A stretch of 47,547 bases of DNA from Candidatus Micrarchaeaceae archaeon (GCA_027310535.1 DAIDAQ010000007.1:1-47547), one strand, 5' to 3'; shown: positions 18,140 through 27,641, counted from the first letter of the stretch. Translations and numbers: made by a program. The notes: generated by a model not told the origin, from the letters alone.

Positions 18140-18790
18140 TTACCTGCTCTGTAGAAATCCTATAATCAATAAGTAATTGATGTACCTGTGTATGTTATAA
18201 ACAATATCAATGACTTTCATTTCCTTTCTCTGCATCCTTAATAGTTTACTTCTAAGTTCATCACCGAATTTTCTTTTCTGAACAGAATTTATTGTCTCAA
18301 TTTTGCTTCTCTGATGATAGTCCGAAGCAGGAAAGTTTCTACGCATTTTCCTTCGATAGGATCCCTTTGTCCTTGACAATGGTGCCATATCCCTGGGCGG
18401 TATTATCGATTTTGCACCTAATTTATGTGCAAATTTATGATTGTCTTCTGACTCAAATCCTTTATCTGCAGTAATATTGATGAGGTCACTACCTCTCTGG
18501 TCTTTTCAATAACAGGTTTGAATGTTTTATTTTCGTTGATATAAGGCCTTCTGTCTTCTGAAATAATTATTGTTTGTTTGTCTGTATCGACCGAAAGAAT
18601 ATGTTTCATAAACCGTTTTCTTCTCCTCGGAACCCTTATTCTGTTCTCATAATGTTGTGATGTATGATGCAATTTGTAGCCTGTCGAATCTATCGCAATG
18701 TTTGCGATAGTTGTCAAGAATAATTGATATGTTTTTGTCAACAAGAATTCCCAAATGTAAGGGGGTATCCTATCAAAGGGTGCTGAAAGG
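18140..18790 (-). mobile_element. 5'-truncated, frameshifted IS5-like DDE transposase (C-terminal two thirds); visibly AT-rich
   Basis: Two ORFs (18418-18744 and 18140-18388) carry IDSTGYK, then ITADKGFESEDNHKF after a frame change, then YHQRSKIETINSVQKRKFG (the D, D, E regions). No start codon or N-terminal domain is present. Confidence 0.7.
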
Positions 18791-18965
18791 AGTCACAAAG
18801 GAAGAGGCGAAGAAGGAAAGCAAGGAAAAGATTCCACTCCCTCTGCCCTCCGTGCTCTGATCCTAGAATGCCGGTTTATTCCGCTTTTTTGGAAAATCAG
18901 GAAGATATTTAATTCTTTTCTGCACATTAGATAGAAATTGCCGCCCTTTCTCTTCAGGTGAAGCA

Positions 18966-19190
18966 TTGGTATCCAGCTACGACCTCGTGCCTAAACATGA
19001 GCTGCTTAGCGAGAGCGAAGCGAAAAAGGTAGCGAAGAAGTTCAACGTCCCTATAGATAAATTCCCAAGAATGCTTGCAACAGACCCACAGTCTGTGAAG
19101 CTGGGTGCAAAGCCGGGGCAGCTTATAGAAATAACGAGGAACGACGGCAACGGCAACTACAAATATTACCGGTATGTAACGAAAGGCTGA
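18966..19190 (+). CDS. rpoH: RNA polymerase subunit H (Rpb5 homologue)
   Basis: DLVPKHELLSESEAKKVAKKFNVPIDKFPRMLATDPQSVKLGAKPGQLIEITR. TTG start per the ORF track. Confidence 0.85.
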   Translation: MVSSYDLVPKHELLSESEAKKVAKKFNVPIDKFPRMLATDPQSVKLGAKPGQLIEITRNDGNGNYKYYRYVTKG

Positions 19191-19229
19191 CTTATAAATC
19201 TGCGCAACCGCGCATGGCTTAGTGATAAT

Positions 19230-20717
19230 GTGAAAAACCACGAAGTGCTAGAGTCCTATCTCTCGACAGTCTCAATGGTGCAGCAGCAGATCGAAAGCTG
19301 CAACAGGTTCATACACACAGGGATAAACAGGATAGTTGAGAGCCAGAACATAATTGAGCCTGATGTCTCTGACTTCGCAATCAGGCTGAACAGCATAAGG
19401 CTTGAGCAGCCGAAGATCATAGAGTCAGACAGCTCAGTGAGAAGCTTCCTTCCACACGAGGCGCTCATGCGCAACCTCACATATGCCGCGCCTATGTACA
19501 TAACATACACGCCTGTCATCAGCGGCGTCGAAAAGACGATAAATATGGCAGAGGCCTATGTCGGGGAGATGCCAGTGATGGTGAAGAGCGACCTCTGCTA
19601 CACCAAGAACATGTCTTATGAACAGTTGCTCAGCAGCGGCGAGGACCCTGACGACCCTGGCGGTTACTTCATAATCAAGGGGACAGAGAGGGTGCTCGTG
19701 GGCATCGAGGATCTCGCCCCAAACAAGATAATCTGCACGAAGGAGAGCAGCGGAGACGTCACGGCAAAGGTCTTCTCTTCAACGCAGCTCAACTTTAGAG
19801 GAAGGTGCTCTGTGACGAGGGACGAGTATGGGGTATACACGCTGATGTTTCCCACACTGGCAAAGAGCCTTGACCTCGTGCTGGTGATGAGGGCCCTCGG
19901 GCTAACGTCAAACAAGATGCTCGAAGCCTTTACCGACAAAGACGGGAGGAACGACATGCTACTCAACATCGAGACCAGCAAGGCGAAGGATATATCGGTG
20001 CAGGACGCGATCGGAGAGCTTGGCAGGATGTCCGCGCCGAACCAGGCGAAGGTATACCAGGAGAAGAGGGCGGAGTTCCAGCTTGATTCGTATATACTGC
20101 CGCATCTAGGCATGAAGCCCGAGGACAGGCTTGAGAAGGCGCAGTACCTCGCAAGGATGGCTGAGCACGCATCGCTTGTTGCCTACAGAAAGGTAAAGCC
20201 GGACGACCGCGACAACTACGCAAACAAGCGCATAAACCTTGCAGGCGACCTGATGGAGGTGCTATTCAGCAGCGCGTTCAAGTTCTTCATCCGTGACGTC
20301 AAGTACCACATAGAGAGGACAACTGCCAGGGGGAGGAAGCTTACCGTCAGGACAAACATAAACCCGGACACCCTTACGGAGAAGATCCTGTACTCGATGG
20401 GAACCGGAGCGTGGCCTGCCGGGCAAACCGGTGTTTCGCAGGTCCTCGACAGGACAAACCTCTTCAGCTCCCTCTCCCACCTCAGGAGGGTAAAATCGCC
20501 GCTTACGAAAAAGCACTCGCACCTCAAGGCAAGGGATGTACATGGTAGCCATATCGGGAAGATATGCCCCTCTGAAACCCCTGAAGGACCTGAGGTGGGG
20601 CTTACGCGGTACCTTTCACTCATGGCGAAGGTCACCGTAGGTGCTGATGAGACCATGGCTGCTAAGAAGCTGAAGGAGATGATGCAGGAGGGCGGCGGGA
20701 AGCCGGTAAAAGGATGA
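19230..20717 (+). CDS. rpoB2: RNA polymerase subunit B'' (N-terminal half of split RpoB)
   Basis: GGYFIIKGTERVLV and SHLRRVKSPL...ARDVHGSHIGKICPSETPEGPEVGL motifs. GTG start. Confidence 0.92.
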   Translation: MKNHEVLESYLSTVSMVQQQIESCNRFIHTGINRIVESQNIIEPDVSDFAIRLNSIRLEQPKIIESDSSVRSFLPHEALMRNLTYAAPMYITYTPVISGVEKTINMAEAYVGEMPVMVKSDLCYTKNMSYEQLLSSGEDPDDPGGYFIIKGTERVLVGIEDLAPNKIICTKESSGDVTAKVFSSTQLNFRGRCSVTRDEYGVYTLMFPTLAKSLDLVLVMRALGLTSNKMLEAFTDKDGRNDMLLNIETSKAKDISVQDAIGELGRMSAPNQAKVYQEKRAEFQLDSYILPHLGMKPEDRLEKAQYLARMAEHASLVAYRKVKPDDRDNYANKRINLAGDLMEVLFSSAFKFFIRDVKYHIERTTARGRKLTVRTNINPDTLTEKILYSMGTGAWPAGQTGVSQVLDRTNLFSSLSHLRRVKSPLTKKHSHLKARDVHGSHIGKICPSETPEGPEVGLTRYLSLMAKVTVGADETMAAKKLKEMMQEGGGKPVKG

Positions 20718-20721
20718 CGGT

Positions 20722-22551
20722 GTGTTCATGGGAAATGAGATGTGCAATGTGTTCATAAACGGGAAGATGCTAGGCAGCGTGAGCAATGGCCCTGCCTTCG
20801 TCGCAGAGGTTAAGAAGGGCAGAAGGTCCGGCATCGTCTCCGGGGAGGTCAACATAGCATATATGAAGAAGCTGAACGAGGTGTACGTCTTTACAGACAG
20901 CGGTAGGGTCAGGAAGCCGTACATAATCGTTGAAAACGGGAAGAGCAAGCTGACCGGCGAGCTAAAGCAGAAGCTCGCCAGCAAGGAGATAGATTTCAAC
21001 TATCTTGTCAGGAGAGGCATCATCGAATACCTCGATGCTGAGGAGGAGGAAAATATCCTTTCTGCTGTTGACGAAGCCCAGGTAACAGGGAAGACCACAC
21101 ATCTGGAGATAGACCCTGCGTCGAACCTCAGCCTGATAATGAATTTGAACATCTTCCCTGAGTACAACAGCATAGGTAAGCACTCGTTGATGTCAAACTT
21201 CGTCAAGCAGGCCCAGGGTCTCTATGCGCTTAACTTCAGGAATAGATATGATGCAAGGGCATTCCTGCTCTTTTATCCCCAAGTCCCGCTGGTGAACAGC
21301 ATAACATACAGGCAGCTCAAGCTCGGGCGCCACGCCTCAGGCCAGAATTTCGTCGTCGCCCTTACGACATATTACGGGTACAACATGAAGGACGCGGTCG
21401 TGCTCAACAAGGCAGCAGTAGACAGGGGTCTGGGGCGCAGCCTATTCTACAGGTCGTATGCCGACGAGGAAAGGAGGTACCCGGGAGGGCAGCAGGACCA
21501 CTTTAGGATCCCGTCACCGACAGCAGACGGTTACAAGGGTGAGCACGCGTACGTGAAGCTCTCTGACGATGGGATCATCGAACCTGAGATGGAGATAGGG
21601 GAGGGCAACGTTCTTATAGGGAAAGTATCGCCACCGAGGTTCCTTGAGGAGCAGACGACCTTCGGCATAGCAGAGGAGAAGACAAGAGACAACTCGGTCA
21701 TTCTAAGGTCTGGCGAGGAAGGGATCGTAGACAGCGTCGCGATCAGCGAGACTACGGGTGCAACAAAGATCGTCAAGGTCCGCGTGCGCAGCATCAAGAT
21801 ACCGGAGAACGGGGACAAGTTTGCGAGCAGGCAGGCGCAAAAAGGTGTAGTAGGCCTAATTCTAAGGAACGAGGATATGCCGTTTTCTGGCGGGGGTATA
21901 GTTCCTGACCTGCTCCTAAACCCGCACAGCCTTCCTGGGAGGATGACGCTCGGGCACATGCTTGAGATGCTTACCGGCAAGGCAGTCTCGCTCGACGGTA
22001 GGATGGTAGACGGCACTCCTTTCTCCACAAACGGCACCGAGCTTATAGACGAATACGGTGCGGTGCTCGAGAAGAACGGGTTCGATAGGTTCGGGGACGA
22101 ATGGTTTTATGATGGGAGGACCGGCAAGAGGTTTGCTGCAAAGATCTTCACAGGTGTCGTTTATTACAACAAGCTTCATCAGATGGTTAGCCTGAAGCTC
22201 CAGGTCAGGGGGAGGGGGCCGATGCAGATCCTCACCCACCAGCCGACGGAGGGCAAGCCGAGGAAAGGAGGCCTCAAGTTCGGTGAGATGGAAAGGGACG
22301 CGCTCGTAGGCCACGGTGCCAGCCTGCTTTTGAAGGAGCGCATGCTTGACCAGAGCGACAAGACCACGATACTCGTCTGCAAGGACTGCGGCGACATCGG
22401 CTATCATGACAATATAAAGAATGCTAATGTATGCCTCACATGCGGGTCAAGCAGCTTGAAGGAGGTTGAGATAAGCTATGGGTTCAAGGTGCTGCTCGAC
22501 GAGATAAAGTCGCTGCACATACTCCCGAGAATAAGGCTGAAGAACGAGTGA
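20722..22551 (+). CDS. rpoB1: RNA polymerase subunit B' (C-terminal half of split RpoB)
   Basis: GDKFASRQAQKGVVG, LNPHSLPGRMTLGH and the C-terminal Zn ribbon CKDCG...CLTCG. The start could be GTG 20722 or ATG 20728. Confidence 0.92.
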   Translation: MFMGNEMCNVFINGKMLGSVSNGPAFVAEVKKGRRSGIVSGEVNIAYMKKLNEVYVFTDSGRVRKPYIIVENGKSKLTGELKQKLASKEIDFNYLVRRGIIEYLDAEEEENILSAVDEAQVTGKTTHLEIDPASNLSLIMNLNIFPEYNSIGKHSLMSNFVKQAQGLYALNFRNRYDARAFLLFYPQVPLVNSITYRQLKLGRHASGQNFVVALTTYYGYNMKDAVVLNKAAVDRGLGRSLFYRSYADEERRYPGGQQDHFRIPSPTADGYKGEHAYVKLSDDGIIEPEMEIGEGNVLIGKVSPPRFLEEQTTFGIAEEKTRDNSVILRSGEEGIVDSVAISETTGATKIVKVRVRSIKIPENGDKFASRQAQKGVVGLILRNEDMPFSGGGIVPDLLLNPHSLPGRMTLGHMLEMLTGKAVSLDGRMVDGTPFSTNGTELIDEYGAVLEKNGFDRFGDEWFYDGRTGKRFAAKIFTGVVYYNKLHQMVSLKLQVRGRGPMQILTHQPTEGKPRKGGLKFGEMERDALVGHGASLLLKERMLDQSDKTTILVCKDCGDIGYHDNIKNANVCLTCGSSSLKEVEISYGFKVLLDEIKSLHILPRIRLKNE

Positions 22552-25500
22552 GTGATGAGATGCAGGCCGAGATGATAGACCACATAAGGTTCACGGCGAT
22601 ATCGCCCGAGACCATAAAGAAGATGAGCGTCGCGAAGATCGTCGTCGCCGACACGTGCAACGACGATGGCTACCCTATAGACGGCGCACTGCTCGACCAG
22701 CGGATGGGCGTGATAGACCCCGGGCTGAAATGTAAGACCTGCGGCGGAAGGCCGAAGACCTGCCCAGGCCACTTCGGGCATATCGAGCTCGTCAGGCCCG
22801 TGATGCACCCTGAGTTTGCAAAGGGAGTATACCTATTGCTCAGCGCTACGTGCGAGAGCTGCCACCGCATCCTTCTCAACGAGAAGCAGATAGAGGAGCT
22901 CAAGCCCGATATAGAGCGCATAGTCTCTGAGGAGGAATCAGAGACTACAACCGAAGCGCAGGGCAAGAGCCTCAACACGATCAAGAGGTTGAAGACGGTG
23001 AAGAAGTGCCCGCACTGCAATGCAGTGCAGCACAAGCTGAAGTTCGAGCGCCCAACCTTCTTCTATATGGAGGGCAACAAGATGAAGCCGGACGAGATAC
23101 GCGACTGGATGTCCAAGATATCAAACGAAGACTTGGCGCTCCTGAGAATCGACGGTACTGCAACGAGGCCGGAGTGGTTCGTCGTCACGACCCTGCTGGT
23201 GCCCCCGGTGAACATTCGCCCGTCAATAACCCTGGAGTCCGGGGAGCGAAGTGAGGACGACCTCACGCACAAGCTTCTTGACATAATAAGGACGAACCAG
23301 AGGCTCGAGCAGGACATAGACGCAGGCGCGCCGCAGATAATCATCGACGACCTTTGGGAGCTGCTGCAGTATCAAGTAACTACATACTTCAACAACGAGA
23401 CACCGGGTGTGCCTGTCGCAAGGCACAGGTCCACGAGGCCGCTCAAGACCCTCGCACAGAGGCTGAAAGGCAAGGAAGGGAGGGTGAGGTACAACCTCTC
23501 AGGGAAGAGGGTCAACTTCTCGGCGAGGACGGTCATAACGCCTGACAACAACATAGACCTGAACGAGATCGGGGTGCCGAGAAGGATAGCGGAGAACCTT
23601 TCAGTGCCGTTCTATGTAACAAAATGGAACTTCGAGCCCGCAAAGCAGTTCCTGGCAAATACCTCGTATCCCCTTGTTACTAATCATATAAGCAAGGGTG
23701 GGATAAGGAAAAGGGTCACCGAGACGAACCGCGCGGAGCTGCTCGCTGCGCTGCAGCCAGGTGACATCCTCGAACGCCAGCTTGTCGACGGGGACATAGT
23801 TCTCTTCAACAGGCAGCCCACGCTGCATAGGGTCTCGATGATGGCGCACAGGGTGAGAGTGCTCGACGGCAAGACGTTCAGGATGCACCTCAGCGCATGC
23901 ATACCGTACAATGCAGACTTCGACGGGGACGAGATGAATCTTCACGTGCCGCAGACGATAGAAGCGCAGGCAGAGGCTGCATACCTGATGTCCGTGCAGA
24001 AGCTCCTTATATCCGCAAGGGACGGGATGCCGATCATGTTCTGCGAGGAGGACACGATTTCAGGACTCTACATGCTCACGAAGGACGGTGCATTCTTCAC
24101 AAAGGACGAGGCCGCGAGGATGCTCGCGTCTGTCGGAATTTTCGAGCTGCCGAAACCTACGAGGAGCGGTTATCTAGGCAGGGCGATATTCTCCATGATA
24201 CTGCCTGATGGCCTGAACCTTGAGGCAATGGTAAAGGGCAACAAGGTCGTCATAAAGAACGGCCAGCTCACTGAGGGGTACATAGGCTCCGGGTTTGTAG
24301 ACGGCAGGGGGCTGCTGCTGCTTGAGATATTCGACAAGTATGGATATGACGCAGCGCAGAGGTTCATCAACAACGCGACAAAGCTCTCGATGCGCTCCGT
24401 CTATATGTCAGGGGTGACGATCAGCCTGAAGGATTACTACAATACAGACGAGATGAAGAAGAGCAAGGAGAGAGTGATAGCAGAGGTCAAGGCGAACGTT
24501 GGCGCCATACTGAAGCGCTACAGGGGCAAGGCCATCGAGCCTCTGCCCGGTTACACGAGGAAGCAGACCTACGAGCTCGAAACGTTCACAACCCTCAATG
24601 TCGCAAGGGATATGGTTGACAAGGCACTGCGCGGCCAGCTGAGTATGCAGAACAACGCGATGCTTATGACTGCGATAAAATCACGAGGGACATCGCTTAA
24701 CCTCGTGCAGACGAGCATGTTCCTGGGCCAGCAGTCGGTTAGGGGAGAAAGGCCGTCGAGGGGCTACACAAGGAGAGTGCTCCCGTACTTCAGGAAGAAC
24801 GACCCTGACCCGCAGGCTCACGGGTTTGTTAAGTCGAGCTTCCTCAACGGGCTCGATTTCCTCGACTACTACATGCACGCAATGGGGGCAAGGGATTCCG
24901 CGGTAGGAAAGCCGCTCATGACCGCAGACAGCGGCTACCTGCAGCGCAGGCTCATCAACGCGATGCAGGATTTCTATGTCGAAAAGGACCTCTCAGTGAG
25001 GGACGCTAGCGGCGCGGTAGTGCAGACAATCTACGGGGGTGACGGGATTGACCCGATAAACGACTCCTTCGCAAACGGGAGGCGCGGTGATGAGCACCTC
25101 GTCGTGCCAGGAGAGGCCGTCGGAACGGTCGCGGCCCAGAGCCTCGGCGAACCGAGCACCCAGATGCTGCTTAAGACCTTCCACCAGGCTGGGGTCATAT
25201 CCACGATGACAGTGAGGGGGTTGCCAAGGATAAAGGAGCTCGTCGACGCCAGAAAAGTGCCCAAGATGCCGCTCATAGAGATACAGCTTGAAAAGGGTGC
25301 ATCGAAGAGCATAGAGAAGGCAAGTGCCATAAAGAAAAAGCTCGAAGAAGTAAAGGTGAGAAGGATGCTCTCCTCGTTTGATGAGGATTTCAAGAGTGAG
25401 ACGATGAAGCTCACGCTGAGCAGGGAGAGGCTTTCGCTCTACGAGCTTACAGAGCACGACGTGCTTAACAAACTGTCAAAGCACGAGGGGGTAAAGGTAA

Positions 25501-26132
25501 GCCTCTCGGACCACGTGATAAAGATAGAGCTCAGGAAGTCAAAGGAGGGTGCGAGGAGCGTAAAGGATGTGCGCATCAGGTTCGTCCACATAAGGAATCT
25601 TGCCATAAAGGGCGTGAAGGGCATCAGCAAGGTGAACATCGAGCAGGACAGCGACGGCGCATTCTACCTCATGGCACTGGGCAGCAACATCGAAGGCATA
25701 TTGGAGGTGCCCGGGGTAGACAGGGAGCGCGTTTACAGCAACAACCCGTTCGAGGTTGCGAGGGTCTTCGGCATAGAGGCCGCGAGGACGCTGGTGATGC
25801 GCGAGTTGCATGCCACGATCCGTGATGCCGACATCACGGTGAGCATGCGTCATATAGGTCTGATCGCCGACGCGATGACTTTCACGGGCGCGATCAAGAG
25901 CATCGGAAGGCACGGGATCGTAGGTGGCAAGAACTCGGTCTTTGCCCGCGCCGCCTACGAGGAGACCGTAAAGCACTTCACCAACGCATGCATATTCGCG
26001 GAGAAGGATGCACTCTCAGGCGTTGCGGAAAACATACTGATAGGCAAGCAGATAAATGTGGGGACTGGTTCTGTAAGGCTCGGGATAAAGAAGGAGTCGC
26101 TGAAGCTGTTGCAGCATGCGGATAGTGAGTAA
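22548..26132 (+). CDS. rpoA: RNA polymerase subunit A, unsplit (A' and A'' equivalents in one 1,194-aa ORF)
   Basis: One ORF holds the N-terminal Zn motif CKTCGGRPKTCPGHFGH, the catalytic NADFDGDEMNLH, the bridge helix DSGYLQRRLINAMQD and the A''-type trigger-loop region PGEAVGTVAAQSLGEPSTQMLLKTFHQAGV. The GTG start overlaps the rpoB1 stop (GTGA). Confidence 0.9.
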   Translation: MSDEMQAEMIDHIRFTAISPETIKKMSVAKIVVADTCNDDGYPIDGALLDQRMGVIDPGLKCKTCGGRPKTCPGHFGHIELVRPVMHPEFAKGVYLLLSATCESCHRILLNEKQIEELKPDIERIVSEEESETTTEAQGKSLNTIKRLKTVKKCPHCNAVQHKLKFERPTFFYMEGNKMKPDEIRDWMSKISNEDLALLRIDGTATRPEWFVVTTLLVPPVNIRPSITLESGERSEDDLTHKLLDIIRTNQRLEQDIDAGAPQIIIDDLWELLQYQVTTYFNNETPGVPVARHRSTRPLKTLAQRLKGKEGRVRYNLSGKRVNFSARTVITPDNNIDLNEIGVPRRIAENLSVPFYVTKWNFEPAKQFLANTSYPLVTNHISKGGIRKRVTETNRAELLAALQPGDILERQLVDGDIVLFNRQPTLHRVSMMAHRVRVLDGKTFRMHLSACIPYNADFDGDEMNLHVPQTIEAQAEAAYLMSVQKLLISARDGMPIMFCEEDTISGLYMLTKDGAFFTKDEAARMLASVGIFELPKPTRSGYLGRAIFSMILPDGLNLEAMVKGNKVVIKNGQLTEGYIGSGFVDGRGLLLLEIFDKYGYDAAQRFINNATKLSMRSVYMSGVTISLKDYYNTDEMKKSKERVIAEVKANVGAILKRYRGKAIEPLPGYTRKQTYELETFTTLNVARDMVDKALRGQLSMQNNAMLMTAIKSRGTSLNLVQTSMFLGQQSVRGERPSRGYTRRVLPYFRKNDPDPQAHGFVKSSFLNGLDFLDYYMHAMGARDSAVGKPLMTADSGYLQRRLINAMQDFYVEKDLSVRDASGAVVQTIYGGDGIDPINDSFANGRRGDEHLVVPGEAVGTVAAQSLGEPSTQMLLKTFHQAGVISTMTVRGLPRIKELVDARKVPKMPLIEIQLEKGASKSIEKASAIKKKLEEVKVRRMLSSFDEDFKSETMKLTLSRERLSLYELTEHDVLNKLSKHEGVKVSLSDHVIKIELRKSKEGARSVKDVRIRFVHIRNLAIKGVKGISKVNIEQDSDGAFYLMALGSNIEGILEVPGVDRERVYSNNPFEVARVFGIEAARTLVMRELHATIRDADITVSMRHIGLIADAMTFTGAIKSIGRHGIVGGKNSVFARAAYEETVKHFTNACIFAEKDALSGVAENILIGKQINVGTGSVRLGIKKESLKLLQHADSE

Positions 26133-26185
26133 AGCCTTATAAAGCATCACAGCCAAAATAGAGTGTCTGAATATCAGGTGCAGGA

Positions 26186-26413
26186 ATGTCGAACAACGAG
26201 CGTCCATTTGACCTTCTAAACAAGGCGGTCGGGCAGAAGGTGCTTGTCAGGCTGAAGAGCAACATGAACATACGGGGAAGGATGGCTTCCTTTGACGCGC
26301 ACATGAACATCGTGCTCGAGGAGGCAGAAGAGCTGGACGGGGGGGATACAAAGGCAAAGCTCGGCACGATCCTTTTAAGGGGTGGCAACATAATCTTCAT
26401 CTCGCCGGCCTGA
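26186..26413 (+). CDS. Sm-like archaeal protein (LSm/SmAP)
   Basis: Sm1/Sm2 pattern: VLVRLKSNMNIRGRMASFDAHMNIVLEEAEE ... ILLRGGNIIFISP. CCTTATAAAG TATA box upstream. Confidence 0.85.
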   Translation: MSNNERPFDLLNKAVGQKVLVRLKSNMNIRGRMASFDAHMNIVLEEAEELDGGDTKAKLGTILLRGGNIIFISPA

Positions 26414-26416
26414 GCG

Positions 26417-27096
26417 CATGGGCGCCCAAACAAGAGTTGTAGCTTCACTTCTGGCTGTTGCCGTAATAATGGTCATTACAATTACATTTTTGGTAGTCAA
26501 TCAGGCGCAACCACAAACCCAAATAACCTTGAATACATGGGATATGCCTACACAGTTAATAATTTGATCTTTGAACGTACAAATCTCAGCAATGGAGTAA
26601 GGCAAGTAACCTCCTAATCCGCTTATGCCAGTAGTTCAGGGCCATACGCTATTGGCGATTATACCTTCTACGCGCGGTATATATGTGCATGCTGCACAAC
26701 CGTAGTGACGAAGGCAACGGCATCTGACCCTCTCAACTATTCTGCAAGCCCAGGCGGCTCAGCAGTTCTCAATGGATCGCCTATATCGTTGACCTCCAAT
26801 TCAGGCAGCCTTCTGAAAGTTTCGCCGCTGGCGGTATCAAGCGATGGGAAGCATGCATATCTCGCTGCCGCCAATGGCGTCACTGTGATCGACACTTCGT
26901 CAATGTCCATCTTAGTTAGGGTAAACACTTTTTATTCGTTCCCATATGGCATAGGCTTATCACCTGCTGGACTATCTGTATTATACTGGCGGCTATTATA
27001 GAGGTTAAGGGCAATAGCCCGTGCCAACAGTACAGCAATAATCGCCACCATAAATGATACTGTGGTTTCGGTGCTCAATGTTTCTCCCTGCGGATA
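26417..27096 (+). pseudogene. Decayed gene for a secreted/anchored beta-propeller (YVTN-like) repeat protein
   Basis: A 49-aa ORF with an N-terminal TM helix (MGAQTRVVASLLAVAVIMVITITFLVV) stops prematurely. Later frames carry SSDGKHAYLAAANGVTVIDTSSMSILV and NSTAIIATINDTVVSVLNVS repeat-like pieces separated by stops and frameshifts. Confidence 0.4.
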
Positions 27097-27131
27097 GCGG
27101 CGCTAAAGCCCCAATGCAAAGTGTGTTAAAG

Positions 27132-27139
27132 TTTTATTT
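27132..27139 (+). promoter_or_regulatory. TATA-like box TTTTATTT upstream of tRNA-Ala
   Basis: Centred about 27 nt upstream of the tRNA 5' end. Confidence 0.45.
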
Positions 27140-27163
27140 GCAAACCACTACTTATCATTTGTT

Positions 27164-27235
27164 GGGCTTGTAGCGTAACGGTAGCGCGCCTGCATGGCAT
27201 GCAGGAGGTTGCGGGTTCAAATCCCGCCAAGTCCA
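27164..27235 (+). tRNA. tRNA-Ala (anticodon GGC); no encoded CCA, no intron
   Basis: Hand-folded cloverleaf. Acceptor GGGCTTG/CAAGTCC with G3:U70 (the Ala identity pair), D arm GCGT/GCGC, anticodon stem CCTGC/GCAGG with loop ATGGCAT, T arm GCGGG-TTCAAAT-CCCGC, discriminator A. Confidence 0.85.
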
Positions 27236-27237
27236 AA

Positions 27238-27242
27238 TTTTT
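27238..27242 (+). terminator. Oligo-T tract directly after the tRNA
   Basis: TTTTT starts 3 nt after the discriminator base. Archaeal terminators are oligo-T tracts. Confidence 0.35.
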
Positions 27243-27378
27243 CCAAGCAGAATATCTGCGGCAAGACCGTAAGCGGGTCTGGGTGCGATTACGGGAGGGA
27301 GCCGCAAGCTTCAAAACAGTTTGCGTGCGAATACGGCACGAAAACCGCATACAAAGAGTTAAAAGCAGAGTTAGATAG

Positions 27379-27570
27379 AACGCTGCCTCTTTTGCCGAAA
27401 CATTACTTGGTCGAAATCCGCATATCAGTAATATGCAGCAGTTCAGAAAGCGATTCCAGCGCAGCCGTATTCCAAAGTACGGCAGCTTGGACAAGGGCTT
27501 TACTGAACAAGAAATGGCCAAGTTCTTCAAGGTCATAGAGAATGAGAAGTTCAGGCTGTTATCCTCATAG
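27379..27570 (+). pseudogene. Short N-terminal fragment of a tyrosine-recombinase/integrase-like gene next to the tRNA
   Basis: Hand translation from ATG 27433: MQQFRKRFQRSRIPKYGSLDKGFTEQEMAKFFKVIENEKFRLLSS. The L..GFTEQEM.KFF..I.N.K.RLL pattern resembles the start of the integrase core-binding/catalytic junction. No catalytic domain follows. Confidence 0.35.
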
Positions 27571-27641
27571 GCCCAATAGCTGGCGCAGCACTAAAGGCTT
27601 TTGCTACCACAGAGACGATTGTTATCCTATTCTGGGCTGCC

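Noticed and set aside
25081-25095. String GGTGATGAG at the rpoA fusion junction, reminiscent of a relic stop/start overlap (GTGATGA) between the former A' and A'' genes.
   Set aside because: It is out of frame with the ORF and is a short string that easily arises by chance. It is not evidence on its own.
27194-27538. 114-aa ORF that starts inside the tRNA-Ala gene.
   Set aside because: Its start lies within the tRNA and the sequence has no coding signature. Only the downstream integrase-like frame (27379-27570) shows a recognisable pattern.
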